Of a DNA stretch of 60,814 bases, positions 29,902 through 39,556 are shown one piece after another. The stretch is from a virus (Duplodnaviria > Caudoviricetes). The notes under the pieces were generated by a model. It had not been told where the DNA came from. It was given only the letters and a program-made list of their open reading frames with translations, and did not search any database. The stretch covers positions 1 through 60,814 of IMG/VR virus record IMGVR_UViG_3300032282_004007; one strand, written 5' to 3'. The translations under genes were made by a program, and so were the position numbers. Numbering within the stretch: position 1 is the first letter of the stretch; each line of letters begins with the position of its first letter.

Positions 29902-32013
29902 ATGAGTTTCTTAAACAGTAATAATTCAGAATTTTTAACAGCAAGATTAACCCAAAAAGGTAGAAAATCAATTGCTGAAGGTAATTTTGTTATCAGTTAT
30001 TTCCAAGTCGGAGATTCTGAATTTGATTATAATTTTACAGGGTTTACTGGTCAAGGAACAATACCACATCAAAAAGTTTTGGCTCCGTTCGATAAAGATA
30101 CTCAAGTTAAATATCCATACAAATTAACACCAACAGAATCATTAACATACGGTAATCCTATTAGACAAAATACTCTAGAAACAATCAAGAATGTTATGGG
30201 ACCAGCAGGTTTTGTTTCTGATTATCATGAATACGATTCTGATGCATGTACTGGTACAACAATAAATTGCGAAGTACAAGAAATTGATTTATCAAAAGTT
30301 GACGGAACAAATATTTTAACAGTTTTAACAGGTGAAACATATAATGGATGTGAATATATAACTGTTCTTTTTAATAATAGAACAGTTAATGATATCCCAA
30401 CCTTAACAGAAAACTCAAGTAGTTTAGTTTATAAAATAATTTCAATAGATGGTAATGAAATAACATTAGATAGAGTAATGCCAGATTTTACATCACTTTC
30501 TGGCTATGCTCAAGTTATATGTCATAATTGTAATGTTGAATATGGTGTAGAATCAACAGTCGCACCAGTTTGTTCACCAAACCCAGTAGATCCTGCAGAT
30601 GCCCATGATCCATGGAGAATGGAATTTGTTTGGACACAAAAACCAGCAGGTTTAGATGATTTAAACGAAACGTTACTTGGTTATACTGGTACTCAGTACG
30701 CATCAACAAAGGAATATCTTGGTTACACATCAAGTTCAGGTCAAACATTCACAAACTTCACAGGTGGAACAATAAGTCACCCAACAAGTTATTTAAATTC
30801 ATTTGATGAAGAAATTGAATTAACACCCGAAGAGACAAAAGTAATTGCTATTATACATTTTTCTGAATTAGGTGATTCAATCAATGACCCAGAAAGATTT
30901 TTTAAATATGACGATTATATTGCGGGTGAAGACAGTGATGATATCGATAGTTTTGAAGTTTATATACCTTTTTTAATGTACCATAGAAATCCTAACTTAT
31001 CAACAATTGGTGCAGTATTTCATATGGACGACACTAACTATTATGTTACATCATCTAAAAATGATAAACCAAATACAAATAATGTTGTTTTTAGATATCT
31101 GTTAGATGAAAATAACTACAAAGTAGGTAAAATATTCACAGGTAAAAAAATAATAGTAATTGATGATCAAGAAATCGTTGCTGCATTAGAATACAAATCA
31201 AATAGAAGATTTACCTTACCAGCGCCTAGAGTTAGTTCAGTGCCTGTTGACCTACCATGTGCTATTGGTGACGAACCAATTATAATAACAGGAGAAACAG
31301 CATATTTAACATATCTTTTAGAGTATACCGGAGACACAGCATTAAGCGGTCTTCATTGTAATTATTACAGCAAAATTACAGGATCAACAAGTTGTAACAT
31401 TTCATTGAAATTTAAAACCGACGATTTTAAATATATGAATCATGACGCTAGTTTATATGCTAGCACAACAGGATTTAGAGCAAATAAGTTTAGTGCTTTG
31501 GTTCAAATTGTATCTGGAAAAACACAACCTGAAACAGACGGATGGGTTAAAATTGACATAACAGACCAAATACCAAACCACACTATTGGTAATATGATTG
31601 ACCCGGTAAATTTATGTAACAAACAATATGTTATTACTAAAAATATGTTTGACAATGACGGTGTTTTATATTCAATAGGTGATAATTCCTCAATAACAGA
31701 TTTTTTAATTGGTAACCAACCAGATTTAACCCTTAGTGGCTCAACATTACCACAATTCGGTGATAGTCAACCATTTGCGGGTAGCGTTAAATTAACAAGA
31801 GCAACGGATGTTGAGGTTATGACGTTTATGATTAATTTACCAAGTAGTCAATTTACCGAAACACAGAATCCAACGTATATCACAGGTTCACAAAAAAGAA
31901 TAACAGAAGTCGCTTTGTTAGATGAAAATAAGTATGTGTTAGCCATGTCAAAAACAGCCAAACCTGTCCTCAGATCAGGTACCCAAGTTTTTGCAGTTAA
32001 AATTGATTTTTAA
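29902..32013 (+). CDS. Baseplate / tail-fibre attachment (tail-collar-like) protein
   Basis: N-terminal ARLTQKGRKSIA...YFQVGD and C-terminal ITEVALLDENKYVLAMSK...VKIDF resemble the two halves of the tail-collar fibre domain. Confidence 0.6.
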   Translation: MSFLNSNNSEFLTARLTQKGRKSIAEGNFVISYFQVGDSEFDYNFTGFTGQGTIPHQKVLAPFDKDTQVKYPYKLTPTESLTYGNPIRQNTLETIKNVMGPAGFVSDYHEYDSDACTGTTINCEVQEIDLSKVDGTNILTVLTGETYNGCEYITVLFNNRTVNDIPTLTENSSSLVYKIISIDGNEITLDRVMPDFTSLSGYAQVICHNCNVEYGVESTVAPVCSPNPVDPADAHDPWRMEFVWTQKPAGLDDLNETLLGYTGTQYASTKEYLGYTSSSGQTFTNFTGGTISHPTSYLNSFDEEIELTPEETKVIAIIHFSELGDSINDPERFFKYDDYIAGEDSDDIDSFEVYIPFLMYHRNPNLSTIGAVFHMDDTNYYVTSSKNDKPNTNNVVFRYLLDENNYKVGKIFTGKKIIVIDDQEIVAALEYKSNRRFTLPAPRVSSVPVDLPCAIGDEPIIITGETAYLTYLLEYTGDTALSGLHCNYYSKITGSTSCNISLKFKTDDFKYMNHDASLYASTTGFRANKFSALVQIVSGKTQPETDGWVKIDITDQIPNHTIGNMIDPVNLCNKQYVITKNMFDNDGVLYSIGDNSSITDFLIGNQPDLTLSGSTLPQFGDSQPFAGSVKLTRATDVEVMTFMINLPSSQFTETQNPTYITGSQKRITEVALLDENKYVLAMSKTAKPVLRSGTQVFAVKIDF

Positions 32014-32051
32014 CACTTTACAAATTTATTTTTTAACAGTATTCTTGTTTT

Positions 32052-32651
32052 ATGGATACAAAATTGAAAAACAAATCTAAGATTTTAGGGTTAGATATTT
32101 CTACTAAAACAATTGGATGGGCATTATTTGACCTAACCGGTAAAAAATTATTAGAATTAACCCATTTTTCGCCTAAAATTAAACCACAACCAGAAGATAA
32201 GTTAGAAGAACTTATTAAAAAGGCGGATGCTTTTAAGGCACAATTAGAAAAATACAGAGATTTAGGTATTTTAAAGGTTGTAATTGAAGAACCCCTATTA
32301 AATTCAAATAATATCTATACTGTTGGTACGCTATTGCGTTATAACACCATGATCTGTAAAGCAGTTTATGATGTGTTAGGCCTTGTGCCGACCTTTATAT
32401 CCACATACAATGCCAGAAAATATGCTTTTCCGGATTTAGTTAACCTTAATGATAAAGGTAAAAATGTTTTATTCGGAGGTTATCCCAAAGATATTGACAA
32501 AAAGCACGTCATTTGGGAACATGTTAATGCTGTTTGCCCTGAGGTAAAATGGTTATACGGTAAGACAGGACAACTAAAGAAAGAATGTTATGATATGTCT
32601 GATGCTGCAACGGCAGTCATTGGTTATATCAATAAGTTAAAAGCGGAATAA
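32052..32651 (+). CDS. ruvC: RuvC-like Holliday junction resolvase
   Basis: ILGLDISTKTIGWA, VVIEEP, DMSDA acidic catalytic motifs. Confidence 0.8.
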   Translation: MDTKLKNKSKILGLDISTKTIGWALFDLTGKKLLELTHFSPKIKPQPEDKLEELIKKADAFKAQLEKYRDLGILKVVIEEPLLNSNNIYTVGTLLRYNTMICKAVYDVLGLVPTFISTYNARKYAFPDLVNLNDKGKNVLFGGYPKDIDKKHVIWEHVNAVCPEVKWLYGKTGQLKKECYDMSDAATAVIGYINKLKAE

Positions 32652-32703
32652 ATTCGGCAAGTATCATTTTTTTTAACACTTTTTTTGTGCTATATTTATA
32701 CTT

Positions 32704-32773
32704 ATGACGGAGCATGTAGAAATACATGTTTAGTTGGTGTTCCCCCGGGGTGGTGTCCGGGGGATTTTTTTTT
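32704..32773 (+). ncRNA. candidate small RNA (or 9-codon micro-ORF MTEHVEIHV) with its own promoter and terminator
   Basis: TATTTAT at 32693-32699; AGCATGTA-gaaa-TACATGTT GNRA hairpin; TCCCCCGG/CCGGGGGA stem plus T9. Confidence 0.55.
32741..32773 (+). terminator. Rho-independent terminator
   Basis: 8-bp GC-rich stem followed by 9 T. Confidence 0.85.
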
Positions 32774-32800
32774 AACATATTTTTTCTGTATATTAATCTC

Positions 32801-33739
32801 ATGCCTCAAACCGAGTTAGATTATTTACCTATAATTGAGATCCTAGAAGAAATCCTAGGAGAACCTCATATGCACAATGATTACAAGTGCCAAATCTCAT
32901 TTGACTGTCCGGTATGTTCATATGATTTAAAGGGTTTAGATGAAGGTGATGGTAAGGGGAATTTGGAGGTAAATTATCGTTTTGGCGTTTATAAATGCTG
33001 GGCTTGTGGTGAAACTAACAACACACATGGAAACATTTATAAACTTATAAAAAAATACGGAACCCAAAGGCATCTTAAAAAATATGAACTATTAAGGCCA
33101 GACGAAATCGAGGAGTTTAGAAAAGTAACCAAAGTTGCTAGATTACCAAAGGAATTTATTTCATTAACCAATGTAAGTGCAGGTTTAAAACTTACGCATT
33201 ACTATAGACAAGCGATGAATTACTTGAAAACTAGAAATGTTACTGATGAAATGATATTAAGATATAACATAGGGTTTGCGTATGATGGCCTGTATGCTAA
33301 TAGAATTATTATCCCATCATATGACTCAGAAATGAAATTAAATTATTTCATTGCTAGATCTTACTTAACCAAAACAAAATTAAAATATAAAAATCCAGAT
33401 GTTAGAAAAGAAATAATCATATTCAATGAACATCTACTCAATTGGGATGAAACTATTTATATTGTTGAGGGAGCATTTGATAGCATATTTGTACCAAATT
33501 CAATCCCATTATTAGGTAAGGTTATGAGCGATTATGTATTTAGCAAAGTATATGAGAACGCTAAAAAAGTAGTTGTGTTATTAGATGGTGATGCGTGGAA
33601 TGATGCACAAAGAATCTATGACAAACTAAACGGCGGAAATTTATTTGGTAAAGTATGGATTGTTAGATTACCTGACGATAGCGACATTGCCGATTTACAA
33701 GGAAATTTAGAAAATTATCAACCATTTCAATTATATTAA
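32801..33739 (+). CDS. DNA primase (Zn finger + TOPRIM)
   Basis: CPVC...CWAC zinc finger, RIIIPSYD, YFIARS, KYKNP, IVEGAFD, LDGDA; start moved to ATG 32801. Confidence 0.9.
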   Translation: MPQTELDYLPIIEILEEILGEPHMHNDYKCQISFDCPVCSYDLKGLDEGDGKGNLEVNYRFGVYKCWACGETNNTHGNIYKLIKKYGTQRHLKKYELLRPDEIEEFRKVTKVARLPKEFISLTNVSAGLKLTHYYRQAMNYLKTRNVTDEMILRYNIGFAYDGLYANRIIIPSYDSEMKLNYFIARSYLTKTKLKYKNPDVRKEIIIFNEHLLNWDETIYIVEGAFDSIFVPNSIPLLGKVMSDYVFSKVYENAKKVVVLLDGDAWNDAQRIYDKLNGGNLFGKVWIVRLPDDSDIADLQGNLENYQPFQLY

Positions 33740-33741
33740 AA

Positions 33742-34596
33742 ATGAATCTACAAGAAATCTCATTAGAAATTAGAGACCTATTAGAAAAAAGAAGACAAGA
33801 ATTAGCATTAACTTTCGTAGAAGAGAAACACATCTACTTCATGAAAGATTTAGAAGGTAACATTAGATCGGACTATCCATCTGTTTCAAAGGTTATAAAG
33901 AAATTTCATAAACAATTTGATGCCCCAGCAAAAGCATTAGAAATGTCTAAAGGTGATAGATCTAAACAACAACAGTTATTAGCGGAATGGAGAGCAGCCG
34001 GAGATTACTCAACAAACATGGGTAGTAGAGTCCATTTTATTTTAGAAAATGAAACAATTTCCAAGTATGGTAATTACAAAGAGGTTAGACAACCAATTTT
34101 TAATTGTGACGATTCACAAATAACAAAAGGTGATAACATGATTACCGCAGGTAGAGAATTTTTAAATCTAATGGAAGAAAGAGGCGGAGTTCTTTTAGAT
34201 ACCGAAATTATTTCAGGTGATAACGAGTTGGGGTATACTGGTCAACCAGATAAAGTATGGTTAATGATGAACAAAGACAAAACTGATTTTGGTTTTGTGT
34301 TAACTGACTGGAAAACAAACCAACCAAAGAACTTTGAAGTTCAATCGTATACTGGTAAAATGTATCCACCTTTTCAAAATTACCATGATAATGCTTTAGG
34401 TCATTATTATTTACAACTTCCATTATATGCAAGATTGATATTAAAAATGTTACAAGGAACAAAATATGAAGGAATAAAATCATTAGGTGGTGTTGTTGTT
34501 CTTCTTAAAGACGACGCAACATTTGTAGAATACAAGGTACCTGCAGATATTAACTCAATGATTATGAGAATAGATATTACAAAATACACAAAATAA
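33742..34596 (+). CDS. PD-(D/E)XK exonuclease
   Basis: PSVSKVI, GSRVH, DTE, GQPD, DWKT, YYLQLPLY motifs. Confidence 0.82.
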   Translation: MNLQEISLEIRDLLEKRRQELALTFVEEKHIYFMKDLEGNIRSDYPSVSKVIKKFHKQFDAPAKALEMSKGDRSKQQQLLAEWRAAGDYSTNMGSRVHFILENETISKYGNYKEVRQPIFNCDDSQITKGDNMITAGREFLNLMEERGGVLLDTEIISGDNELGYTGQPDKVWLMMNKDKTDFGFVLTDWKTNQPKNFEVQSYTGKMYPPFQNYHDNALGHYYLQLPLYARLILKMLQGTKYEGIKSLGGVVVLLKDDATFVEYKVPADINSMIMRIDITKYTK

Positions 34597-35414
34597 TGGT
34601 AAAAAAAATAATACATATTGCTGACATACATATCAGAACAATTCAAATGCATGATTTGTATAAAGAACAATTTGAAACATTAATTGACGAAATCCGTGAA
34701 CATAACATAATATGGCATCAAGAAGGTATTCAATATGAAGAAATTCGTATCGTTGTTGCTGGGGATATTGCACATCAAAAAATTAATATTTCAAATGAAC
34801 AACTATTATTAACAAGTTGGTTCTTAAAGGAATTATCCAAATATGGTAAAGTAATAATCATACCGGGTAATCATGATTTTTTAGAAAATAACACACAAAG
34901 ATTGGATAGTATAACACCAGTAGTTCAACTACTAGACGATCCAACTATTGTTTATTATAAAGATAGTGGTGACTATATTGATGAGAACATACAATGGGTT
35001 GTTTATTCTTTATACCAACATAACGCTCGTCCTGAATTTGTCAAAGATGAATCTAAATTAACTGTAGGATTATTTCACGGACCTATTCAGGGAATGTCCA
35101 CTGATTTAGGTTTTGAATTTGAAGACGCTTACGATCGTTTAAACTTTGTTGATTTAGATTTATTATTATGTGGTGATATACACAAGAGACAACAATTTAA
35201 ATTACCTAATGGTGGTAAAGCGGTGATGGTCGGTTCATTAATACAACAGAATTTTGGTGAAACAATCAAACACCATGGATATGGCATTTATGATGTTAGT
35301 ACCGACGAATATACATTCCATGATCTTATAAACGAACAGCCATTTCTACATTTTAAAATAAACGACATTAAAGATATCGAAAATGAAAAAGAAGAACTCG
35401 TTAATCTTGGATGA
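34596..35414 (+). CDS. Mre11/SbcD-like (gp47) metallophosphoesterase nuclease subunit
   Basis: HIADIH, AGDIAH, PGNHD, FHG, GDIHKRQ, GSLIQQNFGE. Confidence 0.9.
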   Translation: MVKKIIHIADIHIRTIQMHDLYKEQFETLIDEIREHNIIWHQEGIQYEEIRIVVAGDIAHQKINISNEQLLLTSWFLKELSKYGKVIIIPGNHDFLENNTQRLDSITPVVQLLDDPTIVYYKDSGDYIDENIQWVVYSLYQHNARPEFVKDESKLTVGLFHGPIQGMSTDLGFEFEDAYDRLNFVDLDLLLCGDIHKRQQFKLPNGGKAVMVGSLIQQNFGETIKHHGYGIYDVSTDEYTFHDLINEQPFLHFKINDIKDIENEKEELVNLG

Positions 35415-35859
35415 TGAGTTCATACAATATTGCGAACTAAACAATATTAAAGACCCAGACAAGTTAGCAAAAAAAATATTTAATCAAGGGTTTTCAATTG
35501 AAAAGTATGGCGAAACCCCCAATGGTGTTAAACCAAAAGAAACGATTATCGAGAAAGAAGTTATTAAAGAAGTTATCAAAGAGATAGTGGTCATTAAAGA
35601 GGTACCGGTTGAAAAAATAATCGAAAAGATAATCGAAGTTGAAGTTATCAAAGAGGTCCCAGTTAAAGGTGATACAACAGTGGTAACTAAAGAAGTAATC
35701 AAAGAAGTTAAAATAACCGATAATGCTGAAATTGAAAGATTATTATTGGAAAATAAAAAACTAAATGATGAATTAAATAAGATTACTAACGCAATGGAAA
35801 AATTCAATAAAGCAAAGTATCATAAAAGCAGCAATCTAACTGATTTATATGACGAATAA
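35383..35859 (+). CDS. hypothetical protein with V/I-E-K-rich repeats and coiled coil
   Basis: EKEVIKEVIKEIVVIKEVPVEKIIEKIIEVEVIKEVPV. Confidence 0.7.
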   Translation: MKKKNSLILDDEFIQYCELNNIKDPDKLAKKIFNQGFSIEKYGETPNGVKPKETIIEKEVIKEVIKEIVVIKEVPVEKIIEKIIEVEVIKEVPVKGDTTVVTKEVIKEVKITDNAEIERLLLENKKLNDELNKITNAMEKFNKAKYHKSSNLTDLYDE

Positions 35860-35906
35860 TTTTTTTTTACAACAAAAAAAATGTATATTAATTAAATTTA
35901 AAATCT

Positions 35907-36218
35907 ATGGCATTATTATTATTTTGGGCGTTAATGGGGTATGGAATGACTTCCATATTAGTTTGGGGGTCAATTTTTGAAAAACAAAGAGATTGGTTAA
36001 GAAGACATTCTAAATTTTTCGGCGATCTTATTTCCTGTGTTTTATGTACTGGTACCTGGGTTGGTTTTTTTCTTTCAATAACATTAGGTGGGTTAGCCAC
36101 AAGGTTATTAGATGTTAATTGGTTTGTTTCAGTATTCTATGATGGAATTTATACCGCTGGTGCGGTATGGATGATAAATGCGATTATTGAGTTTTTTGAA
36201 GAATCTAGAATAAAATAA
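35907..36218 (+). CDS. small membrane protein (DUF1360-like)
   Basis: Hydrophobic helices and the LISCVLCTGTWVG motif. Confidence 0.7.
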   Translation: MALLLFWALMGYGMTSILVWGSIFEKQRDWLRRHSKFFGDLISCVLCTGTWVGFFLSITLGGLATRLLDVNWFVSVFYDGIYTAGAVWMINAIIEFFEESRIK

Positions 36219-36239
36219 AATATTATATAAAATTAAAAA

Positions 36240-37187
36240 ATGAGTTTAACTAAAGAAGAGTTCCACACAAAAAAAGAGCAATGGTTAGAAAATGTGAAAA
36301 CCAAAAAGGGAATCATTGCACAATTAGATGCAGATGGAATGTGTTCAGCATATATTTTGAATAAGATCACTGGGTTACCCGTCGTTGGGATAACCGATTT
36401 GTATAATACCATCTATGGTATTGGTAAAGGTGATAATGTAAGTGACTATGTGTTTGTTGATGTTGAGATTTTTGATGAAAGCGTTTACTCTATTGGTAAT
36501 CACAATAATGTAACTAATGATGAGGTATTAACTGAGTTGTTAGAGAATAGATTATCTAATTGTTTAAATCCAAATTATCAATTCGGTGTTACAGTTACAG
36601 ATTATCGTCAAAAATATCCTTACAGTACTTCATTATACTTAATGGAGTTATTTGGTGACATATTTGATATGAACGAAATGCTTTCAAATGAAAAAATTAA
36701 AACTTGTTTAATATTCTCTGACGGCATCTATAACAACGTATGGAAATATAGAGCAAATTCAGAAGATTGGCAAAAGAAACTTTTTACTAATCCAATCATC
36801 AACGAACAAATGTTAAATCCTCTTTTTGAAATAAAAGATAGATCAGCATACGAAAGAACAATTTTAGACGACATTAAAAGAAATTTCAATAACTTTGATA
36901 CTAAGAGCAAATGTGATAAGAATGTGGAAACAATCGATGCGTTCACTAAAAGGAAATTGGAAAATATGTCAGCACCATTTACGGACAGTGGATTTACTAC
37001 CGAAGTTAATTTTGATAAAAAAATCACCTTAGATAGTAAAATATATAGTCCAAAATTTTATAACCCCATTCCAAGGGAGTATCATTGTGACCCAATTCTA
37101 ATTTATGAAAACACGTTTACCATAAATTACATTTATCAAGACAGCATTTCGTTAACAAATATACCAACAGAAGACAGATATGTATAA
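36240..37187 (+). CDS. DHH-superfamily phosphoesterase-like protein
   Basis: DADG, FVDVE, SIGNH, NPN, KYPYST, D motifs. Confidence 0.55.
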   Translation: MSLTKEEFHTKKEQWLENVKTKKGIIAQLDADGMCSAYILNKITGLPVVGITDLYNTIYGIGKGDNVSDYVFVDVEIFDESVYSIGNHNNVTNDEVLTELLENRLSNCLNPNYQFGVTVTDYRQKYPYSTSLYLMELFGDIFDMNEMLSNEKIKTCLIFSDGIYNNVWKYRANSEDWQKKLFTNPIINEQMLNPLFEIKDRSAYERTILDDIKRNFNNFDTKSKCDKNVETIDAFTKRKLENMSAPFTDSGFTTEVNFDKKITLDSKIYSPKFYNPIPREYHCDPILIYENTFTINYIYQDSISLTNIPTEDRYV

Positions 37188-39519
37188 TAACCCGTTTATT
37201 AAAGTTGAGTGGGAAGATGTTCCAGAGAACTTAACACAAGAACGTATAAAAAGAGTAAAAACTTATTTCCAAACTAAGTACAACTCAACCAATGTTAAGA
37301 TTGTCACAAAAGTGATTAGTAATTTGGCTAACACAAAATTAAAATCACTAGAGGCAAGTGATAATATTTTAGATCCACAGTATCAGAAGAATCTTGTTAA
37401 AGATTTCATGAGTGAAAATAGTATTAATATAAAATGGGACTTAATTAATCGATTAGATGATAAAGTAAATTCAGAAATCGATAAGTTAAACCAAAATAAA
37501 GTTAGATACAACAAATGGTTTATAAAGAAAGTTGAGTTTTCTAATTTTCTTTCTTATGGCGAGAATAATGTAATTGAATTTACTGATTTAGATGGTATTA
37601 CTGTTATTGAATCCACACCTAGGAATTTCGGCGGTAAGTCAACTGCAACTGTTGATCTATTAATGTTTTTATTTTTCAATTCAACAACAAAAACTAAAAC
37701 GAATATTGAGATATTCAATAAGTTTTCTGATGCTGATGAGGTTAAAGTTAAAGGTGAGGTTATTATTGATGGTGACACCTATATCATATCAAGAAATGTA
37801 ACTAGAAAGAAAAGTAAATCCGGTGAATATACAGTCAAAAACGATTTAGAGTTCTTTAAAAAAGCGGAAGACGGAAGCATTACTAATTTATCTGGAGAAC
37901 AAAGGAAAGAGACGGAAACATTAATTACCTCTGCTATAGGTACCCAAGAAGATTTTCTCTCAACAATTCTTACAACTGGTTACAACCTAGAGGAATTAAT
38001 TGAAAGTAAACCAACAGCAAGAGGACAAATCATCACAAAATTTTTAGGTTTAGAATCACTTAAAAATAAAGAAGATATTGTTAAAGAAATGTATAGTGAA
38101 TGGAGTAAGAAATTAATTTCAAACACAAATAACATTGCTGATCTCGATAACCAAAATAATACAGCATTAGAATCTATTGAAAATTCAAAAGAACAAGTTG
38201 AGACATTAACTACCGCTCTGAATGATTTTGAAGAAAAAGTAAAAAGGTTAAACGAAAGAAAAGAACATATTTTAACGTTAAAAAATAATGATGTTGATAG
38301 AGAACTAATCAATACAAACCCAACTTTACTTGAAAGAGAAATAAATGAAATTATTTCCCAAAGAAATGCCAGTCAAAAAAATGCAGATGGCGTTAACGCA
38401 ATAGAACCATCACAATATTATCACGAAGATCAACACAAAGAGTTAAAAGGTGAGATGGCTAATCTCCAAGGTGGTAATGTTGCACTTAATCATGAAAAAA
38501 CATCTAAACAGAAGTTAATTAAACAATTAACCGAAGGGGCTGTTTGCCCAACTTGTCACAGATCACTAGACGATGTTGACCATAGTGAAGAAATTGAAAA
38601 AATAAAAAAAGAAATTGAAAATATTGGAAAAGATATTGAAACAAACGGGTTAGCGTTTGATTCATTAAAGACGCAATCCGATCTTTTGGAATCTTTAAAA
38701 ACTGAATTTGATAATTACGAAAGAAATAAACTTCGTAAAGCAAGATACGAGTTGGAAGTTGAACAAAAGCAACATGAGATTAATACAAAACAGTCCAGAT
38801 TAGACAATTACGAAAGAAACAAAAGTAAATTAGAAGAAAATAAAAAAATTGATGGTGAGTTAATTACATTAAGAACACAAATAGAAACCGCCGGTGCCGA
38901 TATTTCTGTAACCAATAATAATATTAATAAACACAATAATAATATTACTAATATGGAAGAAAAGATCGATATAAATAATAAGTTGATCGAGAAGATAAAA
39001 GCAGAGGAAGAATACCAGCAAGTGTTTAAAACATATTTAACAATTTTTGGTAAGAATGGTATCTCTAAAATTATATTAAAGAACATGATCCCATTACTTA
39101 ATCAAGAATTACATCGTTTATTATCTGATAGTTGTTATTTCACGCTTGAGTTAAACATTAACGACAAGAATGAAGTTGAGTTTATTATGATTGATAATGA
39201 AACAAGAGTAATTAAACCCCTTAACGCCGGATCAGGTTATGAAAGAACAATATCTTCATTGGCGTTGAGAAGTGTATTAACAAAAGTATCGTCTTTACCT
39301 AAACCAAACATTGTGGTAATGGATGAAGTGTTTGGAAAAATCGCAGATGAAAATCTGGAGATGGTAGGTGAATTTTTCAAGAAAATCAAAAATTATTTTG
39401 AACATATCTTAGTAATTTCACACAATCCGTTAATTCGTAACTGGTCAGACAACATTATCATGGTTAAAAAGGATGATAACATATCCAGTATTGAATATGT
39501 AACGACCAAAATTTCTTAA
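37180..39519 (+). CDS. Rad50/SbcC-like (gp46) SMC ATPase
   Basis: FSNFLSYG, NFGGKS, coiled coil with CPTC zinc hook, SGYE signature, MDEVFG, ISH. Confidence 0.92.
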   Translation: MYNNPFIKVEWEDVPENLTQERIKRVKTYFQTKYNSTNVKIVTKVISNLANTKLKSLEASDNILDPQYQKNLVKDFMSENSINIKWDLINRLDDKVNSEIDKLNQNKVRYNKWFIKKVEFSNFLSYGENNVIEFTDLDGITVIESTPRNFGGKSTATVDLLMFLFFNSTTKTKTNIEIFNKFSDADEVKVKGEVIIDGDTYIISRNVTRKKSKSGEYTVKNDLEFFKKAEDGSITNLSGEQRKETETLITSAIGTQEDFLSTILTTGYNLEELIESKPTARGQIITKFLGLESLKNKEDIVKEMYSEWSKKLISNTNNIADLDNQNNTALESIENSKEQVETLTTALNDFEEKVKRLNERKEHILTLKNNDVDRELINTNPTLLEREINEIISQRNASQKNADGVNAIEPSQYYHEDQHKELKGEMANLQGGNVALNHEKTSKQKLIKQLTEGAVCPTCHRSLDDVDHSEEIEKIKKEIENIGKDIETNGLAFDSLKTQSDLLESLKTEFDNYERNKLRKARYELEVEQKQHEINTKQSRLDNYERNKSKLEENKKIDGELITLRTQIETAGADISVTNNNINKHNNNITNMEEKIDINNKLIEKIKAEEEYQQVFKTYLTIFGKNGISKIILKNMIPLLNQELHRLLSDSCYFTLELNINDKNEVEFIMIDNETRVIKPLNAGSGYERTISSLALRSVLTKVSSLPKPNIVVMDEVFGKIADENLEMVGEFFKKIKNYFEHILVISHNPLIRNWSDNIIMVKKDDNISSIEYVTTKIS

Positions 39520-39535
39520 TTTAATTTTTTTTAAT

Positions 39536-39543
39536 TATATTTG
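39536..39543 (+). promoter_or_regulatory. TATATTTG, Bacteroidota sigmaA -7-type promoter element
   Basis: Exact TAnnTTTG upstream of clpP; also at 49854-49861, with variants before other non-structural genes. Confidence 0.55.
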
Positions 39544-39556
39544 TAAAAACAATTTT

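Noticed and set aside
32052-32651. TnpB/Cas12-like RNA-guided nuclease using the adjacent small RNA
   Set aside because: Only 199 aa with a plain resolvase layout, no zinc finger or REC/WED region. The RNA unit has its own promoter motif.
33742-34596. Cas4 / CRISPR association
   Set aside because: Lacks the Fe-S cysteine cluster, and no array or cas genes are present; an ordinary phage PD-(D/E)XK exonuclease.
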